DNA from: a candidate division WWE3 bacterium
GTDB taxonomy: Bacteria > Patescibacteriota > WWE3 > UBA101185 > UBA10185
Length of the DNA stretch: 64,000 nucleotides
Assembly (NCBI GenBank): GCA_052035175.1
Contig: JBPOHV010000001.1
Location: 297,569 to 361,568, forward strand
Direction of reading: 5' to 3'
The notes beneath the pieces were generated by a model. That model had not been told where the DNA came from and made no database searches. It was given only the letters and a program-made list of their open reading frames with translations. Shown here piece after piece: positions 1 to 8,036 of the stretch. Position 1 is the stretch's first letter. Every line of letters starts with the position of its first letter. Position numbers and translations under genes: made by a program.

Positions 1-258
1 TCGTTTATCTTTAAATAGCTGGTTAATGTCTTTGAGCGAGATTTGGTCTCGATATAGATCTAAGTCTAAAATGTTGTTTTCTTTTATGTCACCTTCTAGG
101 CTATGTAGGTAGTTTGTGTCGTGAGCTTTTGCATATTGTTTTAATAGGTGCGTAAGGCCAGTACCGGGGATAGTTATTATTATTGCGTTTATTTTTTGGG
201 ATAGTTTTTTATCTAAAAATGTTTCTAGTTCTTTATATAAGTGGTTGTTATCAGGCAC
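1..258 (-). CDS. Partial (3' end outside window) protein with a degenerate P-loop-like N-terminus; possible AAA/winged-helix regulator
   Basis: Not in the ORF track. Open frame from GTG at 258 to position 1: MPDNNHLYKELETFLDKKLSQKINAIIITIPGTGLTHLLKQYAK..., a hydrophobic strand followed by PGTGLTHLL (Walker-A-like, lacking Lys). An extended -10 lies 6 nt upstream. Confidence 0.6.
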   Translation of the reverse strand, partial: MPDNNHLYKELETFLDKKLSQKINAIIITIPGTGLTHLLKQYAKAHDTNYLHSLEGDIKENNILDLDLYRDQISLKDINQLFKDKR

Positions 259-264
259 ACTAAA

Positions 265-273
265 ATTATATCA
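265..273 (-). promoter_or_regulatory. Extended -10 promoter (TGaTATAAT), leaderless-type, for the 258..1 gene
   Basis: The minus strand reads TGATATAAT-TTTAGT-GTG. Confidence 0.6.
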
Positions 274-286
274 ACTTTTCGCAAAA

Positions 287-343
287 TTCCAGTCACATTT
301 TTGTCATATTATAGACGCGTACGCTAGTACCCCATAGTATATA
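287..343 (+). repeat. Conserved regulatory head, copy 1 (GTCAC-N6-GTCAT tandem repeat plus promoter)
   Basis: TTCCAGTCACATTTTTGTCATAT...GTACCCCATAGTATATA matches 846-902 at a constant 559-nt offset. TAGACG-N17-TAGTAT promoter geometry. Confidence 0.8.
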
Positions 344-365
344 TTCGTTTCAATAATTAAACCTC

Positions 366-400
366 TCCCGCCACGGCGGGAACTAGTTCATTCAAAGGAG
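366..400 (+). promoter_or_regulatory. 5'-UTR hairpin (TCCCGC-CACG-GCGGGA) and SD AAGGAG of the 407 gene
   Basis: Inverted repeat at 366-381. AAGGAG at 395-400, 6 nt before the ATG. Confidence 0.7.
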
Positions 401-406
401 ACAAAA

Positions 407-766
407 ATGAACGCCGATTTGTATAAGATTGAAGTAAACCTGTATGCTCACCCTGGGAAAGTTACTCAGCTTGAAGCAGACACACTCAAAACCAGCCTCC
501 ATCAGGTTTTTGATGGGGCAATTGTGGTAAACCCAGATCCACAAATTACCGCAAAAAAACCAAGCCGCATTGTCTTCATGTCCTTCATTTTCGTAGGGAC
601 AGTGTTGTCACAAGGGTTGTTGGCGGATCAATGGTCAGGTGGCGTTTTCTGGGGGGTCCTCCTCTGTGCGGTGGCATCACTCGTCGAAGCCCTTGTAGTA
701 GGGTTTTTAACAGGTGCTGAGGCGTCTGTGTTTAAATCGCTTCAAGAAGCGAAGCGCGGGCGGTAG
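407..766 (+). CDS. Hypothetical membrane protein (2 predicted TM segments)
   Basis: 119-aa ORF with a strong SD, two hydrophobic stretches in the C-terminal half, and a downstream terminator. Confidence 0.75.
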   Translation: MNADLYKIEVNLYAHPGKVTQLEADTLKTSLHQVFDGAIVVNPDPQITAKKPSRIVFMSFIFVGTVLSQGLLADQWSGGVFWGVLLCAVASLVEALVVGFLTGAEASVFKSLQEAKRGR

Positions 767-771
767 CTCTT

Positions 772-838
772 AGAAAGGTGGGAGGCACTATGTGCGTTGG
801 TAATAACCAATTGTGCATGTGCACCCACCTTTCTTTTT
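772..838 (+). terminator. Long intrinsic terminator hairpin
   Basis: AGAAAGGTGGG (772-782) pairs with CCCACCTTTCT (824-834). Inner GCAC/GTGC and TTGGT/ACCAA pairings. T-run follows. Confidence 0.75.
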
Positions 839-845
839 GCTTATT

Positions 846-902
846 TTCCAGTCACATTTTAGTCACATCTTAGGGAGTGCAGAACGTACCCTATAGTATA
901 TA
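846..902 (+). repeat. Conserved regulatory head, copy 2 (GTCAC-N6-GTCAC tandem repeat plus promoter)
   Basis: TTCCAGTCACATTTTAGTCACAT...GTACCCTATAGTATATA, with the same spacing as copy 1. Confidence 0.8.
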
Positions 903-925
903 GTTTTCCTATCAAATATAACCAA

Positions 926-956
926 TGTCCCGCACTTACGGGACAACAAATAGGAG
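926..956 (+). promoter_or_regulatory. 5'-UTR hairpin (TGTCCCG-CACTTA-CGGGACA) and SD AGGAG of the 964 gene
   Basis: Inverted repeat at 926-945. TAGGAG at 951-956, 7 nt before GTG 964. Confidence 0.7.
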
Positions 957-963
957 AAATCTC

Positions 964-1374
964 GTGAAAAAAACTGTTGAAATGATTTTGGCTGTAATTT
1001 TCTTACTCGTTTTTTGTCGGTGCAGTTCACCTGCGCCGTCTGGCACAATCGAGAAAGATAGCCTTAAGGTTGAAGCCACGGCCGAAGAAAAGTTACTAAA
1101 CGCAAAAACACGCTATGTGTACTTCAACAAACCATTTCACGGAAATGGCTATAGTTGTACGCCACAATACGAAGGTTATGGTGATGTACGTTTTAAGTGC
1201 ACCTATGCCTTTGATCCCTCGTGGATCTCTAATGTGTATGCAAACATACACAGTAGCGATGAGGTGCATGTGCTGTATCCGGAGCCAAATGCTCCGGAAT
1301 TTGTGTTTACCATCCGTGGTAATCACAAAGCGGTTGGAGCTGGCATGCTGATTTACGACGGCGTTTTGCCGTAG
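964..1374 (+). CDS. Hypothetical secreted protein or lipoprotein
   Basis: Start reassigned from 925 to GTG 964 based on the SD. The N-terminus MKKTVEMILAVIFLLVFCRCSSPAPS resembles a signal or lipoprotein peptide. Confidence 0.7.
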   Translation: MKKTVEMILAVIFLLVFCRCSSPAPSGTIEKDSLKVEATAEEKLLNAKTRYVYFNKPFHGNGYSCTPQYEGYGDVRFKCTYAFDPSWISNVYANIHSSDEVHVLYPEPNAPEFVFTIRGNHKAVGAGMLIYDGVLP

Positions 1375-1389
1375 CTTTTTTTGTTTTAT

Positions 1390-1430
1390 CCCACAAGGGA
1401 GACTGGTTGAAAGACCGTTTCCTTTGTGGG
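1390..1430 (+). terminator. Stem-loop after the 964 gene
   Basis: CCCACAAGGGAGAC...GTTTCCTTTGTGGG inverted repeat with G-U pairs. Weak U tail. Confidence 0.6.
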
Positions 1431-1524
1431 GCTACTTTAGAAAATAACACACGTTGTTTTTTAAAGCAGTTAAAGGTGATTATTATTTATAGAGTTCCTT
1501 TATAATAATAAAATATATAGAAAT

Positions 1525-2829
1525 ATGACTAACGATTTAGAAACTATATCTATAGATACACCAGAGATTACTATCTCTGACGATTTGAGATTAATAAATA
1601 TTGTAGGTGATAAGGATGCGCCACTCTTTACATTGGCTGCCCCAGGTATCGTCTCTGAAGAGGTGATACCTGCAGCTGTTGATGCTTTATATGCTTGTAT
1701 AGGTAAAACTTCGGACACTTCAATTTTTGTTTCTCCAGATGTTGGTGCTATATATGAGTCATTTGATATAGGGAATCCAAATCCTGTATTACCTATTAAA
1801 ACAACACTTTATGATTCGTCTGGTAATCCGTCCATTGAATACTCTGCGCAAGTAGTTTGGGTAGCCGATAGACTAGTAGTTACTAGTATTACAACAAAAA
1901 GCCTCGCAAGAAATAAAAAGCTAACACCTGAAGATATTATATCTGCAACAGATAAAATTGGTTCTATTTTTGAGACCGACGTTTCTTCTGTTGTTACTGG
2001 AGATATTGGTAAAACTTTACGTGCTGAGTATGATGCTAAGCTTGTAGCTGCCGATAAACTTGTACAGCAAGATGAGCTTGTACGTAATGAATCTGTTGTT
2101 CGTGCTACTGCTTTATATGACAATTTCTATAAATTGCTTCACGAAGTTGGGAAATTTGAAGAATTTCATTTGGATGCAGATCTTTTTGATAATCCAGATT
2201 TCTTAATTGCTAAGTCGAAGGAAAATACACTAAAACGTTTAGCTGAGTATTTTGAAAAGAATGGCTTGGACTTTGCGAACTTTATTGCATCACCCAACTT
2301 TATAAACTTTCTTCATGCGTTTATAAAAAATGTTGTTGTAGCACATAATGCTAATTCTTTTTTTGACCCAGACAATTACTCATATACAGCTGGTCCACAT
2401 GATGATTTTTTGCGTAAGGCTTTTGGTGTCAAGCAACCGCTCCCATATCTATCAGCAGTTTTACTAGATCCGACTACAGAGTATGCTAAACAAAATGGTA
2501 CTGGTTGGTCAGGTGATACACTGTACACTTTTGACATAGAGGAATATGCGCATCGATCTTTAGTAGGATATGGTGATATTGATGCTTCATATAGTGCTTA
2601 TAGAGATTATAATGTCGAAGAGTGGAGAGATATGGTTATGGTAGTTCCCGACGCAGTACTATTTGCAGCCCTTAATCAATTGAAACTAAATGAGCTAGTT
2701 GAAACAAATGTTACTTCAGAAATACCAAGTGTATATGATGAAGTTATACTTTTTGGGCAACATAATTTGTCTAGCAAAGCACATAGGGTAGTATTGCGTA
2801 GGAAAGGGGTACCGGCCGATACCCCTTAA
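1525..2829 (+). CDS. Hypothetical protein; C-terminal half weakly resembles the DUF3626/ADP-ribosyltransferase-like fold
   Basis: 434-aa ORF with motif order VVAHN...PYLSAVLL...GWSGDTLYTF...RSLVGYGD...YDEVILFG. The gene is well supported; the fold call is tentative. Confidence 0.55.
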   Translation: MTNDLETISIDTPEITISDDLRLINIVGDKDAPLFTLAAPGIVSEEVIPAAVDALYACIGKTSDTSIFVSPDVGAIYESFDIGNPNPVLPIKTTLYDSSGNPSIEYSAQVVWVADRLVVTSITTKSLARNKKLTPEDIISATDKIGSIFETDVSSVVTGDIGKTLRAEYDAKLVAADKLVQQDELVRNESVVRATALYDNFYKLLHEVGKFEEFHLDADLFDNPDFLIAKSKENTLKRLAEYFEKNGLDFANFIASPNFINFLHAFIKNVVVAHNANSFFDPDNYSYTAGPHDDFLRKAFGVKQPLPYLSAVLLDPTTEYAKQNGTGWSGDTLYTFDIEEYAHRSLVGYGDIDASYSAYRDYNVEEWRDMVMVVPDAVLFAALNQLKLNELVETNVTSEIPSVYDEVILFGQHNLSSKAHRVVLRRKGVPADTP

Positions 2830-2835
2830 ATTGAT

Positions 2836-3429
2836 TTATTTATTCACAGAATCGAATTCGAAATCAAAAGTACCTGTCTTACCTTGTTTAGTATCACTTA
2901 GGGTTGTAGTTGTAAATCTTAGCAAAAGCCCTTTTATTTGCCCGGCATCCAATTCACCCAGAGCGAAGCCTTCTGTTTTCCATTTGGTTATTGTTTTTTT
3001 GCCAAAGCTTGTTCCTAACTCATCAGTTTCTACTAAGCCGTTGTTATTTGAGTCATCCCAGGGTATAGGTTCAACATTTATATAAGATCTCAATTCATCT
3101 GGGTCATTTACAGTTTCGTAGAAAGCATTTGATCCCAAATCAATCGCTGATGTGCTGTTGTTAAATATTTTGACAGCATAATCGTTTTGCCAGTTTGAAC
3201 CAATATTTGTGAAGTTTGGTCCTTGTAATTCATCTGCTGTGTTATCAGGTTGTGTACTTCCAGCTAGGTTTATCAAGAACTTTATTTCAGCACTTCCGGT
3301 AGAAAAGAGCGCCGATTTTATTTTTACTTTGTCTGCGAATGCGGCATATGCTATTCCTGCAGAAAATAATGCAATTACTAAACCAAGTGCTGCTGTAATA
3401 ATTTGTTTGTTTGCTTTTGTATTCTTCAA
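2836..3429 (-). CDS. TasA/CalY(camelysin)-like secreted protein with SipW-type signal peptide
   Basis: N-terminus ...ALFSAGIAYAAFADKVKIKSALFSTGSAEIKF follows the SipW-cognate pattern (YAxFxD...FxxG). C-terminus QGKTGTFDFEF. TTG start with a perfect SD. Confidence 0.65.
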   Translation of the reverse strand: MKNTKANKQIITAALGLVIALFSAGIAYAAFADKVKIKSALFSTGSAEIKFLINLAGSTQPDNTADELQGPNFTNIGSNWQNDYAVKIFNNSTSAIDLGSNAFYETVNDPDELRSYINVEPIPWDDSNNNGLVETDELGTSFGKKTITKWKTEGFALGELDAGQIKGLLLRFTTTTLSDTKQGKTGTFDFEFDSVNK

Positions 3430-4139
3430 TTTATATCACCTCCTTTAGTCGAGAGTTGATATGTGCTAAACATGTTATTTTGTTTTAGGCTGAAGTAATC
3501 GTTATTACAAACTATTACGTGATCAATCAACGGTATTCCAAGCATCTTTCCAGCTTGAGCGATATCTTCCGTAATTACTAAGTCTTCTTTGCTTGGTTGT
3601 GGGCTATTAGATGGGTGGTTATGTGCAATTATTATCGATACTGCGTGTCTTTTTATTGCAGCATTATAAACTTCTCTCGGGTGCACAATTGCTTCTTTTA
3701 CTGTTCCTACTGATATGTTGTCGCACCCAACAAGCTTATTTCTACTATCAAGTGAAAGTACGAATACATACTCATGCGATTTTCCGTAAATATTTGGCTT
3801 TAAATATTCATAAATATCTTTAGCGTTTAGAATTGGTTTTCCTTGAGTAGGGGAGTGTGTAAAAACCCTTTTACCCAACGCGATTGCAGCCAATATACTA
3901 CAAGCTTTTGATTTTCCAATGCCTTTGAAATTTACTAATTCATTTGTTTTTAGGTTGGCTAATGCTGCTTCATTTCCTATTTGTTTGAGAATGCTCCTGC
4001 TTAGTTCGATAGCGGAAATATTTTTTGAACCTGTGTTTATTAATATAGCGATTAATTCTTCGGTTGTTAGGTAATCAGCGCCTTGTAGATACAACTTTTC
4101 TTTTGGAGTTTCTTTTTTATTGAAGTCAATCATCCTCAT
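3426..4139 (-). CDS. radC: RadC family JAB-domain protein
   Basis: PKEKL...ELIAILINTG, HhH KGIGKSKA, VHPREV, AHNHPS, and LIDHVIV JAB motif. Confidence 0.93.
   Translation of the reverse strand: MRMIDFNKKETPKEKLYLQGADYLTTEELIAILINTGSKNISAIELSRSILKQIGNEAALANLKTNELVNFKGIGKSKACSILAAIALGKRVFTHSPTQGKPILNAKDIYEYLKPNIYGKSHEYVFVLSLDSRNKLVGCDNISVGTVKEAIVHPREVYNAAIKRHAVSIIIAHNHPSNSPQPSKEDLVITEDIAQAGKMLGIPLIDHVIVCNNDYFSLKQNNMFSTYQLSTKGGDIN
3435..3446 (-). promoter_or_regulatory. Extended Shine-Dalgarno AAAGGAGGTGAT
   Basis: The minus strand reads AAAGGAGGTGAT-ATAAA-TTG, embedded in the last radC codons. Confidence 0.75.
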
Positions 4140-4204
4140 ATAAAAGTAATATACATTATTGCAACGTGTGTTCGTATATGGTAATTTCTAAGTATCTTAG
4201 AATT

Positions 4205-4474
4205 ATGTGGGGTGAAAAAATAAAAGTTATACGTTCAAAGTACAATCTTTCACAAGCAGCTTTTGGTAGGAGAATTGGTGTTTCTGGCAAGAGTATTTCG
4301 GCATATGAAACTGGGAAAGCCAAGCCATCTATTCAAGTTTTAAATAAAATTTCAGAACAGTTTGACGCTAGCTTTATTTATATTAAAAACGATTACCAAG
4401 TCAATTTATGCTTTAAAATACAACAACTCCGAGACTCTCTATTAGAATTAGAAAATATCATAACGAATAAATGA
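4205..4474 (+). CDS. XRE-family HTH transcriptional regulator
   Basis: IKVIRSKYNLSQAAFGRRIGVSGKSISAYETGKAKPS. Start likely ATG 4205 rather than 4166. Confidence 0.85.
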   Translation: MWGEKIKVIRSKYNLSQAAFGRRIGVSGKSISAYETGKAKPSIQVLNKISEQFDASFIYIKNDYQVNLCFKIQQLRDSLLELENIITNK

Positions 4475-4511
4475 ATTTGACAGTAAGATTCTCTATGTTA
4501 TGTTGTTTATT

Positions 4512-5309
4512 ATGGACAATACTTTTGACTATAAACTAGGTAAGGCGCTACTCTTTATAAATAATAAAGCTCTACTCGCTATTTGTGATGACTTGTTACT
4601 ATTAGCAAATCGTGTATGCTCTAGAAACGATCATATTGTCGATAAGTCTAATCTCGTAGAGCTAGTGACAGCATATCTATTTTCAAAATCCTATAAAACT
4701 ATGAAGAGTATTTTACTATTGTCAGAGGAAGGCTTTGGTGAGGATGCGTGCTGTTTGCTACGAGTTTTATTTGAAAACACAGTAAATATTCTATATATAA
4801 ACAAAGAAGATTCTTTAGCTCGCGCTACTCGGTATGTAGAACATTCTTCTGTAACTAAAATTTATGCATATGATCATTATCCTACTTGGATACGTGATGC
4901 CTTAATAGATTCTTCTGAGTCTATTGCAACTTTGCGTGTAGATAGAGACGTTATACTTGCTAAGTATGGTGGTGAGAAGTTTGTTAAGTCCTGGTCAGGT
5001 TATTCTATAGATGTTATGGCTTCTATGGTAGGTTTAGGAGATGATTATTCCACTGTGTATGATATCTGTTGCGATCTCGCACATACCCGCATAAATGCCT
5101 CTAATCACTATGTTAGGGAGGAAGAAAGTACTTTAATCTTTGATGCGGGTCAAAGTGATCGCTTGGTTGATGCAGCTTTAATTTTTGCCTCCAGGTATTT
5201 TATCCTTATCTTGCAAACTTGGAATAAAGTTTTTGCGCTAGGTATTAACACTGATCTTGAGTCAATACATTCAAAAATGGAAACTTATCTAAAAACCAAA
5301 AATCATTAA
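4512..5309 (+). CDS. DUF5677-like helical protein
   Basis: SILLLSEEGFGEDACCLLRVLFENTVNILYI...WSG.SI..MA..VG....Y..VY...CDLAH pattern. TTGACA at 4477 upstream. Start 4500 or 4512. Confidence 0.65.
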   Translation: MDNTFDYKLGKALLFINNKALLAICDDLLLLANRVCSRNDHIVDKSNLVELVTAYLFSKSYKTMKSILLLSEEGFGEDACCLLRVLFENTVNILYINKEDSLARATRYVEHSSVTKIYAYDHYPTWIRDALIDSSESIATLRVDRDVILAKYGGEKFVKSWSGYSIDVMASMVGLGDDYSTVYDICCDLAHTRINASNHYVREEESTLIFDAGQSDRLVDAALIFASRYFILILQTWNKVFALGINTDLESIHSKMETYLKTKNH

Positions 5310-5719
5310 CGTTTTGAGTATTGAGGTGCTTTACGAGCTTTTTTGAGGTAGTATTTCTTTCTTTCTACCATTCTTGAGTCTCTTGTTAATAAGCCTGCTT
5401 TACGTAAAAGTAAGCGATTTGCTTCGCTTAATTTTGCAAGAGCTCTAGAAATACCATGTACGACAGCACCCATTTGTGCAGATACTCCTGAGCCTTTTAC
5501 TTTGACGCTCATAGTATAAGTGGCTGTTGGGTGAGAAATTCCCAAAACGTGGAAAGGTCTCAACCAATTTGTTTGTTGTTTTTCGGTTTTGAAGAATGAT
5601 TCAAAAGGTTTATCGTTTATAGTGCTTTCACCTTTTTTCTCATATAAAAATACTTGAGCTGTAGCAGTTTTGCGTCTGCCAGTACCTGTTATTAGATTTT
5701 GATTAGTTTGTTTTGGCAT
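5306..5719 (-). CDS. rpsI: 30S ribosomal protein S9
   Basis: GTGRRKTATA...RDSRMVERKK...PQYSKR. Start reassigned to ATG 5719. Confidence 0.97.
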   Translation of the reverse strand: MPKQTNQNLITGTGRRKTATAQVFLYEKKGESTINDKPFESFFKTEKQQTNWLRPFHVLGISHPTATYTMSVKVKGSGVSAQMGAVVHGISRALAKLSEANRLLLRKAGLLTRDSRMVERKKYYLKKARKAPQYSKR

Positions 5720-6128
5720 TTTGTTGTGCTGTATGTGGATGTGTGTCTCCAGCGTATACAAATAAATTTTTAATTCTTACATCTTGCAATTTGTTTTTTG
5801 GAAGCATCCCTTTTACTGCTTTCACTATTACTTGAGATGGATCTCTAGCTAATAATTCGCCCAAAGACTCACTTCTCAAACCACCTGGAAAGCCAGTATG
5901 CCTGTAATAAACTTTGTCGGTAAGTTTTTTACCAGTTGTTTTGATCTTTTCTGCATTTGTTACAACAACTTTATTTTTGATAACTGTGTTGTAAGAAAAT
6001 TTTGGATCAGTTTTACCTGCTAGAATATTTGCAATTCTCACAGACAATTTACCTAATATTTGATCTGATGCGTCTAAGAATGTCCAATTTTCTGTTTTAT
6101 CTGCTTCCTTTATATGAAAAGTTTTCAT
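5703..6128 (-). CDS. rplM: 50S ribosomal protein L13
   Basis: YYRHTGFPGGL, AVKGMLPKN. Confidence 0.97.
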   Translation of the reverse strand: MKTFHIKEADKTENWTFLDASDQILGKLSVRIANILAGKTDPKFSYNTVIKNKVVVTNAEKIKTTGKKLTDKVYYRHTGFPGGLRSESLGELLARDPSQVIVKAVKGMLPKNKLQDVRIKNLFVYAGDTHPHTAQQNAKTN

Positions 6129-6493
6129 TTTTTAGCTCCTTTTTCAACAAATTCAATTCTTGCTGTTTCTGCATTATCACCTGCTCGATTTCCTGTTCTT
6201 ATTATTCTTGTGTATCCGCCTTGTCTATCTTTATTTGCAGGTCCTACTACTTCGACCAGTTTGCGGATTGCATCTTCAGAATAGATTTTGCGTCGCAAAT
6301 ATCTGACAGTTTCATAGTTTTGTGTTTTTGCTTTTGTCACGAGCTTTTCGACGTATGATCTAACATACTTAGCTTTTGCTAGTGTTGTTTTAATTGCTCC
6401 GTGAACAATAAGAGATTCAGACAAATTCTTTAACAAAGCTTTTCTGTGCTCTGCATCTCTACCAAGTTTTTTGTCAGTATCTCGATGTCTCAT
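6125..6493 (-). CDS. rplQ: 50S ribosomal protein L17
   Basis: MRHR...KLGR..EHRKALLKNL, GGYTRII. Confidence 0.97.
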   Translation of the reverse strand: MRHRDTDKKLGRDAEHRKALLKNLSESLIVHGAIKTTLAKAKYVRSYVEKLVTKAKTQNYETVRYLRRKIYSEDAIRKLVEVVGPANKDRQGGYTRIIRTGNRAGDNAETARIEFVEKGAKK

Positions 6494-6494
6494 T

Positions 6495-7421
6495 TTATCT
6501 AAGACCTTCTTTTTCTAATAATTTTTTAATCTCTGTCAAAGCTTTTTCTCCAAGGTTTTTGATGTCCATCAAGTCTTCATCTTTGAGTTTGCTTAATTGT
6601 TCATAAGTATCAATACCACTCTTTTTGAGAGCATTTACTGTACGTGTTTGTAGTGGTAAATCTTCGATAGCTATCTTTTCAGAAGCTTTTGTTTTGGTTT
6701 CAGCTTTATCAGTTGTTTCTTCAATCTTTGTAGAAAGTTCTGCACCACCAAGTTTAATTACTTGTATATAAGATTCTGTTATTTCTGCTGCTTTTTTAAG
6801 TGCATCCAATGGTGTAATACTTCCATCTGTTACGATCTCTATTACAATTTTGTCTAAATCTACACTTTTACCAAATCTAGTTGGCTCTACTGTATAAAAG
6901 GCTTTTGTAACAGGAGAGTAAAGTGCATCAAGTACTATAACACCGATTTTTGTGGTTTGTCTTTCTTCCATTGGTGAATAGCCTACTCCTGGTTCTACGA
7001 TAAGTTCCATTTCCAAAGTAGTTTTGTCGTCAGACAAAGTTGCCAAGTGTAAATCTGTGTTTAAAACTTTTACAGATGATGATGTTTGTATATCACCTGC
7101 TGTTACTACGCCTTCACCTTTTTTGCTCAAAGTTACGACGACTGGTTCATTTGCATAATTAGCAAATCTAATTTGTTTAAGATTCAAGCTGAGTTCTACT
7201 GTATCTTCTTTTACACCCTTTATAGTAGAAAATTGATGTGTTGCACCTTTTATCTTTACTTGGGTAGCTGCTGCGCCAGGAATAGAAGAAAGCAAAGTTC
7301 TTCTCAAGGCATTTCCCAAGGTATTTCCATAACCTTTTGGAAGAGGGTCAATAGAAAACACACCTTTGTTACTGTTTTCTGAAATAATATTAATTTTTAC
7401 ATCTGAAGGCTGTACGTCCAT
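6495..7421 (-). CDS. rpoA: RNA polymerase alpha subunit
   Basis: PLPKGYGNTLGNALRRTLLSSIPG; alpha-CTD KNLGEKAL. Confidence 0.97.
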   Translation of the reverse strand: MDVQPSDVKINIISENSNKGVFSIDPLPKGYGNTLGNALRRTLLSSIPGAAATQVKIKGATHQFSTIKGVKEDTVELSLNLKQIRFANYANEPVVVTLSKKGEGVVTAGDIQTSSSVKVLNTDLHLATLSDDKTTLEMELIVEPGVGYSPMEERQTTKIGVIVLDALYSPVTKAFYTVEPTRFGKSVDLDKIVIEIVTDGSITPLDALKKAAEITESYIQVIKLGGAELSTKIEETTDKAETKTKASEKIAIEDLPLQTRTVNALKKSGIDTYEQLSKLKDEDLMDIKNLGEKALTEIKKLLEKEGLR

Positions 7422-7430
7422 AAAATCTCC

Positions 7431-8033
7431 TTATCTTGAATAAAATTCTATAATTAACTGAATATTAACATTTTCTTGTAAATCGTCGAGTTTTGGCAGT
7501 CTACTGTAAACTATTTGTTTTTCTTGTACATTAGCTTCTAGCCAGTCTGGAAGCATAAAACCTTCTCTTAGATGTATTTTGTCAAAACTTACTGGTTTGA
7601 GTACATCGTTTTGTTTCAATTGTATTGATGGGGTTCTAGCTTCTATGCCATTAATCGTAAACAAGCCAGATCGTATAAATTGTCGTGCTTGAGCTCTAGA
7701 TACGGCAAATCCGCTTCGGTATACCAAGTTATCTAATCTTGATTCTAAAGTTTGTAGCAAAACTTCACCAGATATTTCGCTTGATTTCAAAGCATTGTCT
7801 ACGTATTTTCTAAATTGACCTTCTAAAAGACCATAAATTCTTTTTGCTTTTTGCTTTTCGCGCAATTGTTTGCCGTATTCAGATAATGCTTTTCTGGAGT
7901 TTCCGTGTTGGCCTGGTGCTTGTGGTCTCTTTTTAACTGCACATTTATCAGAATAGCATCTAGCGCCTTTTAAATAGAGTTTTATGCCTTCTCTTCTGCA
8001 TAATCTACATTTTGCTTCTGTATATCTTGCCAT
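7431..8033 (-). CDS. rpsD: 30S ribosomal protein S4
   Basis: MARYTEAKCRLCRREG, LESRLDN, IIEFYSR. Confidence 0.97.
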   Translation of the reverse strand: MARYTEAKCRLCRREGIKLYLKGARCYSDKCAVKKRPQAPGQHGNSRKALSEYGKQLREKQKAKRIYGLLEGQFRKYVDNALKSSEISGEVLLQTLESRLDNLVYRSGFAVSRAQARQFIRSGLFTINGIEARTPSIQLKQNDVLKPVSFDKIHLREGFMLPDWLEANVQEKQIVYSRLPKLDDLQENVNIQLIIEFYSR

Positions 8034-8036
8034 ATT

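Noticed and set aside
767-845. Hairpins after the cassette genes as integron attC sites
   Set aside because: No RYYYAAC/GTTRRRY core boxes. Stems use G-U pairs and the first has a T tail, as RNA terminators do. Each gene has its own promoter, and no integrase is in the window.
287-902. Repeats at 287 and 846 as a CRISPR array or IS ends
   Set aside because: Only two direct, imperfect copies 559 nt apart, separated by a gene. No cas or transposase genes.
925-963. ORF-track N-terminal extension of the 964 gene
   Set aside because: It overlaps the 5' hairpin and SD. GTG 964 gives a proper signal-like N-terminus.
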